This document shows, one piece after another, positions 179,584 through 190,964 of a DNA stretch of 248,000 nt. Position 1 is the first letter of the stretch, and each line of letters opens with the position of its first letter. The notes beneath the pieces were generated by a model. It saw only the letters and a list, made by a program, of their open reading frames with translations, was not told where the DNA came from and searched no databases. A program made the translations under genes and the position numbers. Origin of the DNA: Hyalangium minutum (GTDB taxonomy: Bacteria; Myxococcota; Myxococcia; Myxococcales; Myxococcaceae); contig NZ_JMCB01000003.1 in assembly GCF_000737315.1 (NCBI RefSeq), positions 20,001 to 268,000 of the forward strand. Reading direction: 5' to 3'.

Positions 179584-180345
179584 ATGGCAGGCACGCAAAA
179601 ATCCCTACGCCTTGCCGTCTACGCTCCTGCGCTAACTCTGGACGATCGCCGTCCTTTGGCCGTTGTCCATGGAATGGAACGCACGTTCCCCGGCTTGCAT
179701 CTGGGGTGGATGATTTCCGAAGCAGGGCAGCGCATTCCACTGCCGGATCGAGATGCTTTTGTCTCCCGCGAGAGGAAGGACGGGGGATTTCCGCTTCTGC
179801 GGAACGGTGATGAGACGTTCCGGGTGACCGTGACGGGATTGGAAAGCCCAGCGGGCACTTCGCCGGGGGGGAAGGCACAGTTTGAAGTCCAGGCGGTCCT
179901 GCCATTGAACGCAACCGGCATCGCGGCGGCGGCGGATGTGCTGGAGGCCGTAGGCGAGGATGCACGCGCGTTCTGGGGGCGCGTGCTGCCAGAGGGGATG
180001 GCCGTGACAGTGTCGGAGCAGTTTCGCCACTCGGGGGAGGAGCCGCATATCCCGCCGAAAGGGCTCCCCTCGCTCAAACTCCCATGGAAACTCCCCGCGC
180101 CTGAGATTCCGCATTACCTTGGGTGGCTGAACTACTGGTCCGACGCTGCCGCACGCGCCATCGGGTTCCCAGACCCTGCCCGCGACTCGGAGCTGCTGTC
180201 GCGCGCACGGCGCACGGCGACGGGAGGGTGGATTGTCCGGCTCACGGATGCGCCGCTCGATCTCGACAACCCCGCCCACCTGAACGCGCTCCTGCGCGCA
180301 TATGAGCGCTTCCCGGAGATCGGCGGGCGTACTCCGAGCCGCTGA
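179584..180345 (+). CDS. Putative immunity protein (DUF5953-like)
   Basis: Near-identical C-terminus to 15150-15908 (LGWLNYWS..GFPDPARD..YERFPEIGGR). Confidence 0.78.
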   Translation: MAGTQKSLRLAVYAPALTLDDRRPLAVVHGMERTFPGLHLGWMISEAGQRIPLPDRDAFVSRERKDGGFPLLRNGDETFRVTVTGLESPAGTSPGGKAQFEVQAVLPLNATGIAAAADVLEAVGEDARAFWGRVLPEGMAVTVSEQFRHSGEEPHIPPKGLPSLKLPWKLPAPEIPHYLGWLNYWSDAAARAIGFPDPARDSELLSRARRTATGGWIVRLTDAPLDLDNPAHLNALLRAYERFPEIGGRTPSR

Positions 180346-180349
180346 GAAC

Positions 180350-181516
180350 TCAGGCCTCCGCGCGAGGCTGGAAGCCGTATGGGTCCGTCTTGTGCTTCGG
180401 CTCGAACCCTTCGAGCGATGGGGCGATGCGGATCAGCCCCATGGCCAGCATTCGGTGCATCGAGCGCGCTGCTCCCGCCTCACCCATGGCCGCCGTGCGC
180501 AGCGCCTGGCGGATCGTCACGCTGCCCCGGAGCTTTGAGTACAGGTAGAGATCATCCGCGGTTAGCGAGGAGGGCAGGGGACGCGGCAGTGGCTCGAAGA
180601 TGAGGCGCCCGTCCATGGAGAACAGCTCGTCACAGAGCGCCAGCGTGAGCTTCACCTCCGCGTCCCGGTAGAGCGCGTGTGCCTCGGGGACAGGGCCTCG
180701 CTCCAGCACTTGCTCCACCACTGCGAGCGCGTGATCGTACTTGCGCTCCTCCACGAAGCTCCGGGCTGCGTCCAGCAGCTCCTGCTCCTGGAGTTCTTCG
180801 CCCATCGAGTTGTTCTGCGCCCGTTGCGGCGCCAGCACCCCGCGCCGGTACAGGTGCATCAGCCGCCTCGCTACGAAGATCCGCGACTCCTTGCCCGATG
180901 CGAGCAGCTCCGCGAGCGTGGCCCCCGACTCCGCTCGCTTCATCAGGACCGACTCCTCCTCCGAGAACCGCCCCACGGAGTGCTCACGGAAGACGTAGAA
181001 CGTCGTGTCCATGCCCGGGAACACCGTGCGGAACGTCCGCCACTCGCGGCGCCGCGACAGCGCGTCCCGGTGCAGGCTCGTCAGCGGCATCTTCAACTCC
181101 ACTGCCTGCTCCAGCGACGGCAGCTGCAGCGTGAACTCCACCTCGCCCGAGTCCCAGTTGTAGCAGTCGAAGAACGCCTCGCGCGCCTTGTGCTCCAGCG
181201 CCTCCAACAGCCGCGGCAGCTCCACGAACTGCTGGCGCACCAGGAACGCCCCGTAGGGCAGCTTCGCCAGCTCCGCCGCCTCGAAGGCCAGCGCCGCCCG
181301 GGGCGCGTCCAGGATGCCCAGGTCCACCAGCACCTGGCCCAGGTGCTCGGCCGGCGTGTTGGAGCCTTCGCCCACCAGGAAGCCGTCCTTGAAGAAGAAG
181401 TAGCGGATCACCGAGCCGCGCTCGACCCTCAGCGTGCCTCGGGCCTTGCGCGACAGGAGCGCAGGGATCACCACCTCCATCGAATAGTGAGTGAGGCCTC
181501 CCTTGAAGTGCTCCAT
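180350..181516 (-). CDS. DUF4388 domain protein
   Basis: GTLRVERG..FFFKDG..EHLGQVLV. Confidence 0.75.
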   Translation of the reverse strand: MEHFKGGLTHYSMEVVIPALLSRKARGTLRVERGSVIRYFFFKDGFLVGEGSNTPAEHLGQVLVDLGILDAPRAALAFEAAELAKLPYGAFLVRQQFVELPRLLEALEHKAREAFFDCYNWDSGEVEFTLQLPSLEQAVELKMPLTSLHRDALSRRREWRTFRTVFPGMDTTFYVFREHSVGRFSEEESVLMKRAESGATLAELLASGKESRIFVARRLMHLYRRGVLAPQRAQNNSMGEELQEQELLDAARSFVEERKYDHALAVVEQVLERGPVPEAHALYRDAEVKLTLALCDELFSMDGRLIFEPLPRPLPSSLTADDLYLYSKLRGSVTIRQALRTAAMGEAGAARSMHRMLAMGLIRIAPSLEGFEPKHKTDPYGFQPRAEA

Positions 181517-181743
181517 GCCGCCTTCTCCCCTGTGAGCGAGTGCTTGCTCGCTTTCTGAGAAAGCTAATGGGCCCTCCCTCGTTGCTCAACCTCCCACCCC
181601 CCACAAACTGTTGAATTCATTGGAGTCTTCCGGGGTTGTCCCAAAGTTCCGGGTTGAGAAAGGGCAGGGGCCTCATGGGGCGCTACGGACCCGGGCGAAT
181701 GTTTGACCCCCTGGGGGGCCACTGCTAAGGGGAAAGGCCTGAT

Positions 181744-182602
181744 GTGCTTGAAGGACGTCCGGTGACCGATGCCCGCCGCACGCCGCCCGACGAGGGCTCC
181801 AGCGATGCAGAGGTGCCCCGCTCACCCGGGGACGCCTTCCGTATTGCTTTGCCCAACTTCGAGGGCCCCCTCGATCTTCTGCTGCACCTGATCCGCGAGC
181901 ACCGGGTCGACATCTTCGACATCCCCCTCGCGCTCATCGTCGAGAAATACCTGGAATACCTGGAGCGGATGCGCGAGTTGAACCTCGACATCGCCGGTGA
182001 GTTCCTGGTGATGGCGTCCACCCTGGCGCACCTCAAGAGCCGCATGCTGCTGCCGCGCCAGGATGTGGCGGCCCAGGAGCAGGTGGGCGAGGTGCTCGCG
182101 GTGGAGGAGCAGGGGGATCCGCGCGCGGAGCTGGTGCGGCGGCTGCTCGAGTATCAGAAGTACAAGGACTCGGCGGAGCAGCTGGCGAAGCAGGATCTGC
182201 TCGGGCGCGATGTGTTCACGCGCAACGTGCCGGTGGAGGCGGTGCCCATCCCCGAGGAGGAGGTGGGGCTGCAGGAGTTCTCCGTCCTCAAGCTGATCGA
182301 GTCGCTGGATCGGGTGCTGGAGCGCCTGACCCCGAAGGTGCAGCACGAGGTGGTGCTCGAGCGGCTGAGCCTCTCGGAGGCCACCCTGCGGGTGATCGAG
182401 CGGCTGCGCGGTCAGGAGCAGGTGACGTTCGTCAGCCTGTTCCCGGAGGGCAGCACGCGGCAGGAGATTGTCATTACGTTCCTGGCGATCCTGGAGATGG
182501 TAAAGCGGCGCCTCATCCGGGTTCGCCAGGAAGAGCCCCTGAAGGACATCTTCCTGATGCCCAACGGAGACGCGCTGGAGCGGCTGGCCCCCACGGAGGT
182601 GG

Positions 182603-182622
<20 letters not shown>
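181744..182622 (+). CDS. scpA: Segregation and condensation protein A
   Basis: FEGPLDLLLHLI, KSRMLLP, TFLAILE. Confidence 0.93.
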
Positions 182623-183598
<976 letters not shown>

Positions 183599-183620
183599 CG
183601 GGCACGAAAGCATCACGAAT

Positions 183621-185699
183621 ATGGCTGCTGAAAGACTTCAGAAGTACCTGGCTCGCGCGGGAGTGGCTTCGCGCCGGCACGCAGAAGAGCTCATCACCGC
183701 AGGCCGTGTGCAGGTGAACAACGAGACGGTGACCGAGCTGGGCAGCCGGGTGGAGCCGGGCAAGGACCTGGTGAAGGTGGACGGAAAGCTGGTGTCTCCG
183801 CCGGAGAGCACCTCCTATTACCTGCTGTACAAGCCGGCCGGCGTGGTGACGACGCTGTCGGATCCCCAGGGCCGCCCCACGGTGGCCAGCTACGTGGAGG
183901 ATGCCGGTACGCGCCTGTTCCCCGTGGGCCGCTTGGACTACGACGCCGAGGGAGCGCTGCTCTTCACGGATGACGGCGCGCTGGCGCACAAGCTCACGCA
184001 CCCCAGCTTCCAGGTGCCTCGCACGTACCTGGCCAAGGTGAAGGGCTCGCCGGACTCCGCCACGCTGGGCAAGCTGCGCGGCGGTGTGCGGCTCGAGGAC
184101 GGCATGGCCACGCCGCTCACCGTGGATGTGTTCGAGCAGGCCGAGCGCAACACGTGGCTGAAGATCGTGGTCGCCGAGGGCCGGCCTCACCTCATCAAGC
184201 GCCTGTGCGCGGCGGTGGGGCACCCCGTGGTGCGCCTGTTCCGGCCGAACTACGCGGGCATCGGCGTGTCTGGGCTGCGGCCGGGACAGCTGCGCCCGCT
184301 GTCGAACAACGAGGTGCGTCTGCTCCAGGACGTGGCCGAGGCCCGCATGGCTCCGCCCGAGGGAGAGCTGAACCTGCCTCCGCGCCGGCATGGGCGGTCG
184401 GCTCCGGGCTTCGAGGCGGCGGAGGACAGCGGCGACGACTACGAGGTGGAGACCGAGGAAGAGTCCGCTCGGCCCGAGCCCGTGGTGGTGAAGCTGCCTC
184501 GGAAGGATGCGGATGCCGCGGCTGCGGCGCCCGCGGCGGAGCGGCGCCCGCGGAGCCCCGCGGGCCGCGAGATGAAGGAAGGCGGCACGGGGCTGGCCCG
184601 GTTCGGCCGTTCGCGCACGGGCGCTCCAGGCGCTGGCGGCGATCGTCCCAAGCGCAGGGAGTGGGACACGCGCGGTGATGAAGGCGAGCGTCCCGAGAAG
184701 CGCGAGTGGAAGCCGCGTGGTGAGGGTGCTGGCCGTCCTGAGAAGCGCGAGTGGAAGCCGCGTGGAGAGGGTGCTGGCCGTCCCGAGAAGCGCGAGTGGA
184801 AGCCGCGGGGTGAGGGCGCGGGCCGTCCTGAGAAGCGCGAGTGGAAGCCGCGTGGTGAGGGTGCGGGCCGTCCTGAGAAGCGCGAGTGGAAGCCGCGTGG
184901 AGAGGGTGCGGGCCGTCCTGAGAAGCGCGAGTGGAAGCCGCGGGGTGAGGGTGCTGGTCGTCCCGAGAAGCGCGAGTGGAAGCCGCGCGGCGAGGGTGCT
185001 GAGCGTCCGGAGCGTCGCGAGTGGAAGCCGCGGGGTGAGGGTGCAGGCCGTCCCGAGAAGCGCGAGTGGAAGCCGCGTGGTGAGGGTGCAGGCCGTCCCG
185101 AGAAGCGTGAGTGGAAGCCGCGCGGTGAGGGCGCGGGCCGTCCCGAGAAGCGTGAGTGGAAGCCGCGCGGTGAGGGTGCTGGCCGTCCCGAGAAGCGCGA
185201 GTGGAAGCCGCGCGGTGAGGGTGCTGAGCGTCCGGAGCGTCGCGAGTGGAAGCCGCGCGGTGAGGGCGCTGGCCGTCCCGAGAAGCGCGAGTGGAAGCCG
185301 CGCGGCGAGGGCGCTGGCCGTCCCGAGAAGCGCGAGTGGAAGCCCCGCGGTGACGGTGCTGGCCGTCCCGAGAAGCGCGAGTGGAAGCCCCGCGGCGAGG
185401 GTGGAGATCGCCCGGCTCGCAAGACCTGGAGCCCTCGGGGCGGGCCCATCGGTCCGGCCTCGCGTGGCGCGGGCCGGTTCGGCCGCCCGGGTCGCTCCGG
185501 AGGCGCCGCTGGGGATGCACGGCCCGAGCGCCGGAGCACTCGCTCGGAAGAGGGAGGAGAGGCCGGCGGAGGCTTCGTCGACTGGCGCAAGCGCAAGCAG
185601 AGCGATCGTGCGCCCGGGACTCCCTGGGACTCGCGGCGTCCGGCGCCAGGCGGCGCTCGGGGGCCTCGCAAGCCCGGTGGCCCTCGCAAGCCTCGCTGA
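183621..185699 (+). CDS. rluB: 23S rRNA pseudouridine synthase (RluB/RsuA family) with repetitive tail
   Basis: ERLQKYLA, VGRLDYD, EGRPH. Confidence 0.88.
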   Translation: MAAERLQKYLARAGVASRRHAEELITAGRVQVNNETVTELGSRVEPGKDLVKVDGKLVSPPESTSYYLLYKPAGVVTTLSDPQGRPTVASYVEDAGTRLFPVGRLDYDAEGALLFTDDGALAHKLTHPSFQVPRTYLAKVKGSPDSATLGKLRGGVRLEDGMATPLTVDVFEQAERNTWLKIVVAEGRPHLIKRLCAAVGHPVVRLFRPNYAGIGVSGLRPGQLRPLSNNEVRLLQDVAEARMAPPEGELNLPPRRHGRSAPGFEAAEDSGDDYEVETEEESARPEPVVVKLPRKDADAAAAAPAAERRPRSPAGREMKEGGTGLARFGRSRTGAPGAGGDRPKRREWDTRGDEGERPEKREWKPRGEGAGRPEKREWKPRGEGAGRPEKREWKPRGEGAGRPEKREWKPRGEGAGRPEKREWKPRGEGAGRPEKREWKPRGEGAGRPEKREWKPRGEGAERPERREWKPRGEGAGRPEKREWKPRGEGAGRPEKREWKPRGEGAGRPEKREWKPRGEGAGRPEKREWKPRGEGAERPERREWKPRGEGAGRPEKREWKPRGEGAGRPEKREWKPRGDGAGRPEKREWKPRGEGGDRPARKTWSPRGGPIGPASRGAGRFGRPGRSGGAAGDARPERRSTRSEEGGEAGGGFVDWRKRKQSDRAPGTPWDSRRPAPGGARGPRKPGGPRKPR
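184692..185412 (+). repeat. 16 x 45-bp coding tandem repeat (EKREWKPRGEGAGRP)
   Basis: gagtggaagcc recurs every 45 nt from about 184704 to 185379. Confidence 0.95.
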
Positions 185700-185794
185700 C
185701 GCAGCGCGCAGGGGGCGTGTTCACCTCGGCTGAGTTCTTCCGGCCGGGGCTGATATAACCGGTCGTCCATTCAACGTTTCCTTCTCGGAGTGCG

Positions 185795-187921
185795 ATGAGA
185801 ACCGGCGTGCGCCCCCTTGTCGTCGTCCTGTCCCTGGCCCTGTTCTCCGGGTGCCAGGGCAACCGCGATCAACTCCTCGCCGACCTCCAGAGCCCCCGGC
185901 CCGAGGTCCGCGCCCACGCGGTCAAATCGCTGGCCAAGCAGGGCAACGCGGAGGATCTGGTCCTCTTCTCCCGCGCCGCCAAGGACATGGCCTCCATCGT
186001 CCGGGGCGAGGCCGCCGCGGCGCTCGGCGAGAGCCAGGATCCCCGCGTGGTGGATCTGCTCGGCGAGCTGCTCGAGGACGCCGACGAGGATGTCCAGGGC
186101 CGAGCCGCCATGGCACTCGCCAAGGTGAAGAACGACAAGGCCAAGGCGTACCTCACGCTCCAGTATGGCCGCCGGGGCCGGAAGACGCGCCAGATCATCG
186201 TTCAGGCGCTGAAGACCGCCAACGTGCCCGGCGCCATGGCCGAGTCCGTCGCCGCAGAGTCCAAGGCCATCTGGGATCGCAACCTGCTCGCGCTCAACGA
186301 GGGCACGCTCCCGGAGCGCGTGGGCGCCGCCGAGGAGCTGGGCAAGAGTGGCCGCCCCGAGGCCATCAACCGGCTGCTCCCCCTGGTTCGTGACAGCCAG
186401 GTCGTCATGGCCGCCGCCGCCGTTCGCGGCCTGGGCGATGCGGGGGATCGGCGCGCGGTGCCCGCCATTCTCCTGCTGCTCGACGAGAGCTTCCCTGATC
186501 TGCGCGAGGCCTCCATCGGCGCGCTGCGCAAGCTGCAGGATCCTTCCTCGGTACAGAAGCTCCAGGCCGTGGCCGTGGAGAAGAGCGCCGTGAGCGCGCT
186601 GGCCACGGACGCCATCGCCGCCCTGCCGCGCACGCCCGAGACCGAGAAGGCGCTGTGCACCATCGCGATCGAGGGCGCCCGGAAGGAGGCCATCGATGCG
186701 GCCCGCGCCATGCGGACGAAGGGGTGCCCGCTGGAGCCCATCATCGAGAGCCTCTCCCGTAACAGTGGCGTCGAGAGCGGGCTGCAGGCGGTGATCGGCC
186801 TCGGCCCGTCGGCCCAGGGCGCACTGCCCAAGGTGCTGCCGCTGCTCACGTCCTCGGACTCCGTGCAGCGCATGCTGGCGGTGGAGGCCGTGGCCGCCAT
186901 CGGGGATGCCTCCGCTGCTCCGGCGCTCCAGAAGCTCTACGAGCAGGAGCTGAAGGCCATCGAGGGGCCGCGCCAGGACTGGGTGACGGCGGCGCTGCCT
187001 CAGGTCTACGGCTCCGGCTTCGATCCCTCCGCGCCCGCCGCCGAGTCGGAGGACTCGCAGGGCCACAAGGACGGGGCCAAGGGCTCCAAGCAGGTTCAGC
187101 TCTTCGAGCGGGTCCGGGCCCTCAATGCCCAGCGTGCTCGCGAGGCGGGCCGCGTGCTCGTCCAGCCGCGCGTGCCCACGGAGCTCTATGACGATGTGGA
187201 GCCGCTGAGCCTCCAGCCGCTGGCCGCAGTGCTGCGCGCGCTTGGAGCGGTGAAGGCGCCTGGGGCGCTCGAGCTGCTCAAGGGCTATGCGGGCGACCCC
187301 AACGTGACGCTGCGCACCGCGGGCCTGGTCGGGCTGGCCCGGCTGGGACCCGAGGGTGTGGAGGCCGCGAAGGGTGGCATGTACGAGGCCGAGAGGGATC
187401 TCCAGAAGGCGCTGGCTGAGGCGCTCGCGCAGCAGGGCGAGGCCGGGCAGGCCGTGCTGGTGTCCATGCTGCCGCAGTTCGCCAGCGAGAAGCTGGTGCT
187501 GCTCGACGCGCTGAACCAGTTCGGGGCTCCGGCCTCGGCCTCGGAGGCGCTGCAGGCGGTGGTTCGCGAGGGCGGAGCGGAGGCGGTGCTGGCGGCCAGC
187601 GTCCTCGGCAGGTTGAAGGCCAAGGACGCGGTGCCCACGCTCTCCAAGGCGCTGGATGAGCCCGCGAGCGTGGCGCGCCGCGAGGTGCTGCTGGCGCTGG
187701 GCGAGATCGGCGACACCCAGGCTGCCGAGGTGGTGGCCCGGGACCTGTACCACGACCAGCCGGAGGTCCGGTTCGCGGCGGCCTCGGCGCTGCAGAAGAT
187801 CGGCACTCCGGCGCAGGGGGAGGCGCTCGACGCCCTCAAGAGCGACTATTATCGGAGGGTCCGCGATGCGGCCAGCGCGGCGCTGGCGAAGAACGGCACC
187901 GCGGCGGAGGGGGCTCGCTGA
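185795..187921 (+). CDS. HEAT-repeat lipoprotein
   Basis: Lipobox FSGC; PBS/HEAT repeats. Confidence 0.85.
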   Translation: MRTGVRPLVVVLSLALFSGCQGNRDQLLADLQSPRPEVRAHAVKSLAKQGNAEDLVLFSRAAKDMASIVRGEAAAALGESQDPRVVDLLGELLEDADEDVQGRAAMALAKVKNDKAKAYLTLQYGRRGRKTRQIIVQALKTANVPGAMAESVAAESKAIWDRNLLALNEGTLPERVGAAEELGKSGRPEAINRLLPLVRDSQVVMAAAAVRGLGDAGDRRAVPAILLLLDESFPDLREASIGALRKLQDPSSVQKLQAVAVEKSAVSALATDAIAALPRTPETEKALCTIAIEGARKEAIDAARAMRTKGCPLEPIIESLSRNSGVESGLQAVIGLGPSAQGALPKVLPLLTSSDSVQRMLAVEAVAAIGDASAAPALQKLYEQELKAIEGPRQDWVTAALPQVYGSGFDPSAPAAESEDSQGHKDGAKGSKQVQLFERVRALNAQRAREAGRVLVQPRVPTELYDDVEPLSLQPLAAVLRALGAVKAPGALELLKGYAGDPNVTLRTAGLVGLARLGPEGVEAAKGGMYEAERDLQKALAEALAQQGEAGQAVLVSMLPQFASEKLVLLDALNQFGAPASASEALQAVVREGGAEAVLAASVLGRLKAKDAVPTLSKALDEPASVARREVLLALGEIGDTQAAEVVARDLYHDQPEVRFAAASALQKIGTPAQGEALDALKSDYYRRVRDAASAALAKNGTAAEGAR

Positions 187922-187922
187922 T

Positions 187923-190169
187923 ATGGAGATGCGCAAGCTCAGGGACAAGGCCACCGAGGCCTTTGCCAAGGGCCGCTTCTCCAAAGCCGCGGAGTTCTAC
188001 GAGGAGTATTGCAAGGGCGAGCCCAAGGACTACCAGGCCCGCCTGCGCATGGGAGACGCGTGGGCCAAGGCCGGTCAGAAGGACCGCGCTATCTCGGCCT
188101 ACCAGCTGGCTGCCACGGGCTTCGCGCGAGAGGGTTTCCTGCCGCGCGCCATCGCGGCCAGCAAGCTGATCCTGGAGCTGGACCCGGCCCACAAGGGCAT
188201 CCAGCAGATGCTCGCGGACCTGTACGCACGCAAGAGCGCGGGAGGCAACGGGGCGCCGCAGCAGCCCGCGAGGCCCCCGCGCCAGGTAGAGCTGCCCACC
188301 TTCACCGAGCACATGGGCACCTCGATGGGGCCGGCTGTGGCGCCGCTCGAGCTCCCCGAGGAGGACGAGGCCCCGCCCGCTCCTGCTCCCGCGATGGCCT
188401 CCCCTCAGAGGGCCATCATCCCGCCGCCACCGTCGGCTCCGTCTGCGGTGACCGGCTCGGCCGTCGAAGCGCTCCCCGAAGAGGAGGAGGAGATCGCCGT
188501 CGTCCAGGGTGTGCCGCTTACTCCACTGCCGCTGGCTCCGAGTGCCGTGGCGGCCATTGCGGCCCAGTCACAGCCGCCCGCTCCCGCGGCTGGCGGGGGG
188601 GCACCGCTTCCGCCACAGCCCGCGCTTCGTGCGCAGCCGCCCGCTCCGGCTGCTGCGGTACCCGCGCCTCAGGTCCAGCCAACGCCTCCCGCCGCGGCTC
188701 CTGCGCCTCAAGCCGTGGATGCGCCTCGTGCTGCCGAGCTTGTAGGGCCTTCGGTGCCTGCCGCGCCTCCGGGCCTGGCTCTGCGTAGCTCCATGCAGCG
188801 TCCGCCCGTCGCCGCATCCACTCAAGCTTCTCCCTCAAGGCCTGCCGAGACCGCTCCGGTTCCCGTGAGCGCTGTGTCTTCGCCCGACGAGACCGCCCTC
188901 GAGGTGGACGTGGGCATGGGAACAAAGAAGCTCTCCTGGTCTGCCATCAGTGAGCCGCTGATCTCCGCGACGTCCTCGGGGACTGCTTCCGCGAGCGAGA
189001 CTCTGGCTCAGGCGCAGCCTCCACTGCCTTCCACCGCACCGGCTCCTGCCAGCGCCGCACCGCCGGGACTTCGGCCTCGCCGGAGCGGGGAGGGCGGAAC
189101 GGCCGATATGTCCGTGACGCCCGCGCCAGGACGGTCCGCCGTGGTGCCACCCGGCCAGGTGCCCGCGAGCCCCAATGCGTTCACGGAGCTGGAACTGGAA
189201 GAGGACACGCTGCTCCACGCGGTGGAGGAGGCGGCGCTCGCAGGAATGAAGCAGCGCGCCGCGTCCGGCCTCGTGCCTCCGCAGGAGGAAGAGGAAGAGA
189301 TCATCCTCACGGACGAGGTGGAGGAGACGCCTTCTCCGAACGCCCTGCCGACCATCCCGCTCTTCTCGGACCTGCCGCGCGAGGCCTTCATCGATCTGTT
189401 CGAGAGGTGCCCGCTGCGCCACTTCTCGCAGGGGGCGCACGTCTTCGAGCAGGGCAGCCACGGTGACGCCTTCTACGTCATCTGCGAAGGCAGCGTGCGC
189501 GTGTTCCGCTACGAGAACGGGCAGCGCAAGGATCTCGCGGCGCTGACCAGCGGGGCCTTCTTTGGCGAGATGGCGCTCTTGTCGGGGGCGCCGCGCATGG
189601 CCGCGGTGGAGAGCGCGGTCGATGGCACGATGCTGCTGGAGATCTCGGCGCCGGTGCTGGCCGAACTGTCGCGCCAGCACCCGCAGCTGGCGAAGGCGCT
189701 CAAGAAGTTCTGCCGCGAGCGCATGCTGACGAACGTGATGAGCCACTCGGCGCTCTTCGAGCCGTTCAGCCGGAAGGATCGCCGCACGCTGGTGGAGAAG
189801 TTCCGGGCCCGCGAAGTGAAGAAGAACGAGATCATCGTCCGCGAGGGCGAGCGGACGGACGGGCTCTACGTGGTGCTCTCGGGCGAGGTGGAGGCACGCA
189901 AGGGCGATCAGGTGCTCTCGCGGATGAAGGAGGGCGATCTGTTCGGAGAGATCTCCCTGCTCTCGAAGACACCGGCCACGGCGACGGTGATGTCCACGCG
190001 GCACACCTCGCTGCTGCGACTGCCGCGCGAGGACTTCGATGCGCTGATCCTCTCCCACCCGCAGATCCTGGTGCTCATCTCCGAGCTCTCCGAGCAGCGG
190101 CTGCGCCGCACCGAGGCGCTCACGGGCACCCTGGTGTTCGAGCTGCGCGCCGAGGATCTGCTCGTCTAG
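187923..190169 (+). CDS. TPR + tandem cyclic-nucleotide-binding domain protein
   Basis: Two CNB domains (FFGEMALL..RMA; LFGEISLL..ATA). Confidence 0.88.
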   Translation: MEMRKLRDKATEAFAKGRFSKAAEFYEEYCKGEPKDYQARLRMGDAWAKAGQKDRAISAYQLAATGFAREGFLPRAIAASKLILELDPAHKGIQQMLADLYARKSAGGNGAPQQPARPPRQVELPTFTEHMGTSMGPAVAPLELPEEDEAPPAPAPAMASPQRAIIPPPPSAPSAVTGSAVEALPEEEEEIAVVQGVPLTPLPLAPSAVAAIAAQSQPPAPAAGGGAPLPPQPALRAQPPAPAAAVPAPQVQPTPPAAAPAPQAVDAPRAAELVGPSVPAAPPGLALRSSMQRPPVAASTQASPSRPAETAPVPVSAVSSPDETALEVDVGMGTKKLSWSAISEPLISATSSGTASASETLAQAQPPLPSTAPAPASAAPPGLRPRRSGEGGTADMSVTPAPGRSAVVPPGQVPASPNAFTELELEEDTLLHAVEEAALAGMKQRAASGLVPPQEEEEEIILTDEVEETPSPNALPTIPLFSDLPREAFIDLFERCPLRHFSQGAHVFEQGSHGDAFYVICEGSVRVFRYENGQRKDLAALTSGAFFGEMALLSGAPRMAAVESAVDGTMLLEISAPVLAELSRQHPQLAKALKKFCRERMLTNVMSHSALFEPFSRKDRRTLVEKFRAREVKKNEIIVREGERTDGLYVVLSGEVEARKGDQVLSRMKEGDLFGEISLLSKTPATATVMSTRHTSLLRLPREDFDALILSHPQILVLISELSEQRLRRTEALTGTLVFELRAEDLLV

Positions 190170-190900
190170 AAGCGCGGTCCGCCACGCAGCCGGGCGAAAT
190201 ATTCCTCGCGTGAGAGGGCACCTCGGGTCTCCAGCACCTCGAGGAGCGCGCTCAGCGAGCGGGCCTGGTTGGCCACCATCTGCTGCAGATCCGCCACTTG
190301 CTGCGTGAGGACGTCCACGCGCTCCTGAAGCTCCGCCTCCCGATGCGAGGAGGGCCGGGGTGTGGGTGGCGGGGTGAACTCGTATGTGGGCTCGCGGAAC
190401 CCGAACTGCTCAGGGTTGGCCGTCGAGTTAGACGCGCCACCGTAGTAGTACTTCCGGATGGCCCGCTCGATGGCCGACGCGCTGCTCACCACCACCTGGA
190501 TCTTCTGGTTGGTGTGGAAGGCCAGCTCCTGCAGCGCGTCCACGTTCGTCGGATCCGAGCTGGCCAGCGTCAGCGTCTTGTGCGCCACGTCCACGGCGAC
190601 GGGGAAGACGCTGTAGCGCTCGGCCAGATCGATCCGGAAGAGCTGGAGCAGGTGCTCGGGCGGCGTCAGGGTGTCCAGCTCCATCGCGGGGATGTGCAGC
190701 TGGCGGGAGAGGGCGTGGACCATGGAGCTCTCGTCCACGAAGCCCATCTGCACCAGCGTATGGCCCAGCTTGCCGCCCCACTTGCGCTGCTCGGCAAGGG
190801 CTGAGCGAAGCTGGGTCTCGGTCAACAGGCCGGCGTCCATGAGGATCTCGCCGAGCCTCTTCTTTCGACTGGGGGGAGGATTCGACGCGGGAGGGCTCAC
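190166..190900 (-). CDS. MshEN/GspE-N domain protein (c-di-GMP-binding motif)
   Basis: RLGEILMDAGLLTETQLRSALAEQ..KLGHTLVQMGFV. Confidence 0.85.
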   Translation of the reverse strand: MSPPASNPPPSRKKRLGEILMDAGLLTETQLRSALAEQRKWGGKLGHTLVQMGFVDESSMVHALSRQLHIPAMELDTLTPPEHLLQLFRIDLAERYSVFPVAVDVAHKTLTLASSDPTNVDALQELAFHTNQKIQVVVSSASAIERAIRKYYYGGASNSTANPEQFGFREPTYEFTPPPTPRPSSHREAELQERVDVLTQQVADLQQMVANQARSLSALLEVLETRGALSREEYFARLRGGPRF

Positions 190901-190964
190901 ACCCCGAGGCTAGCAGCCGTTCACCGGGCTGCAACCCCATGGCACGTTGAGGTATGTGTGGGGA

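Noticed and set aside
184692-185412. Possible CRISPR array
   Set aside because: Contiguous 45-bp in-frame repeats with synonymous variation, no unique spacers and no cas genes.
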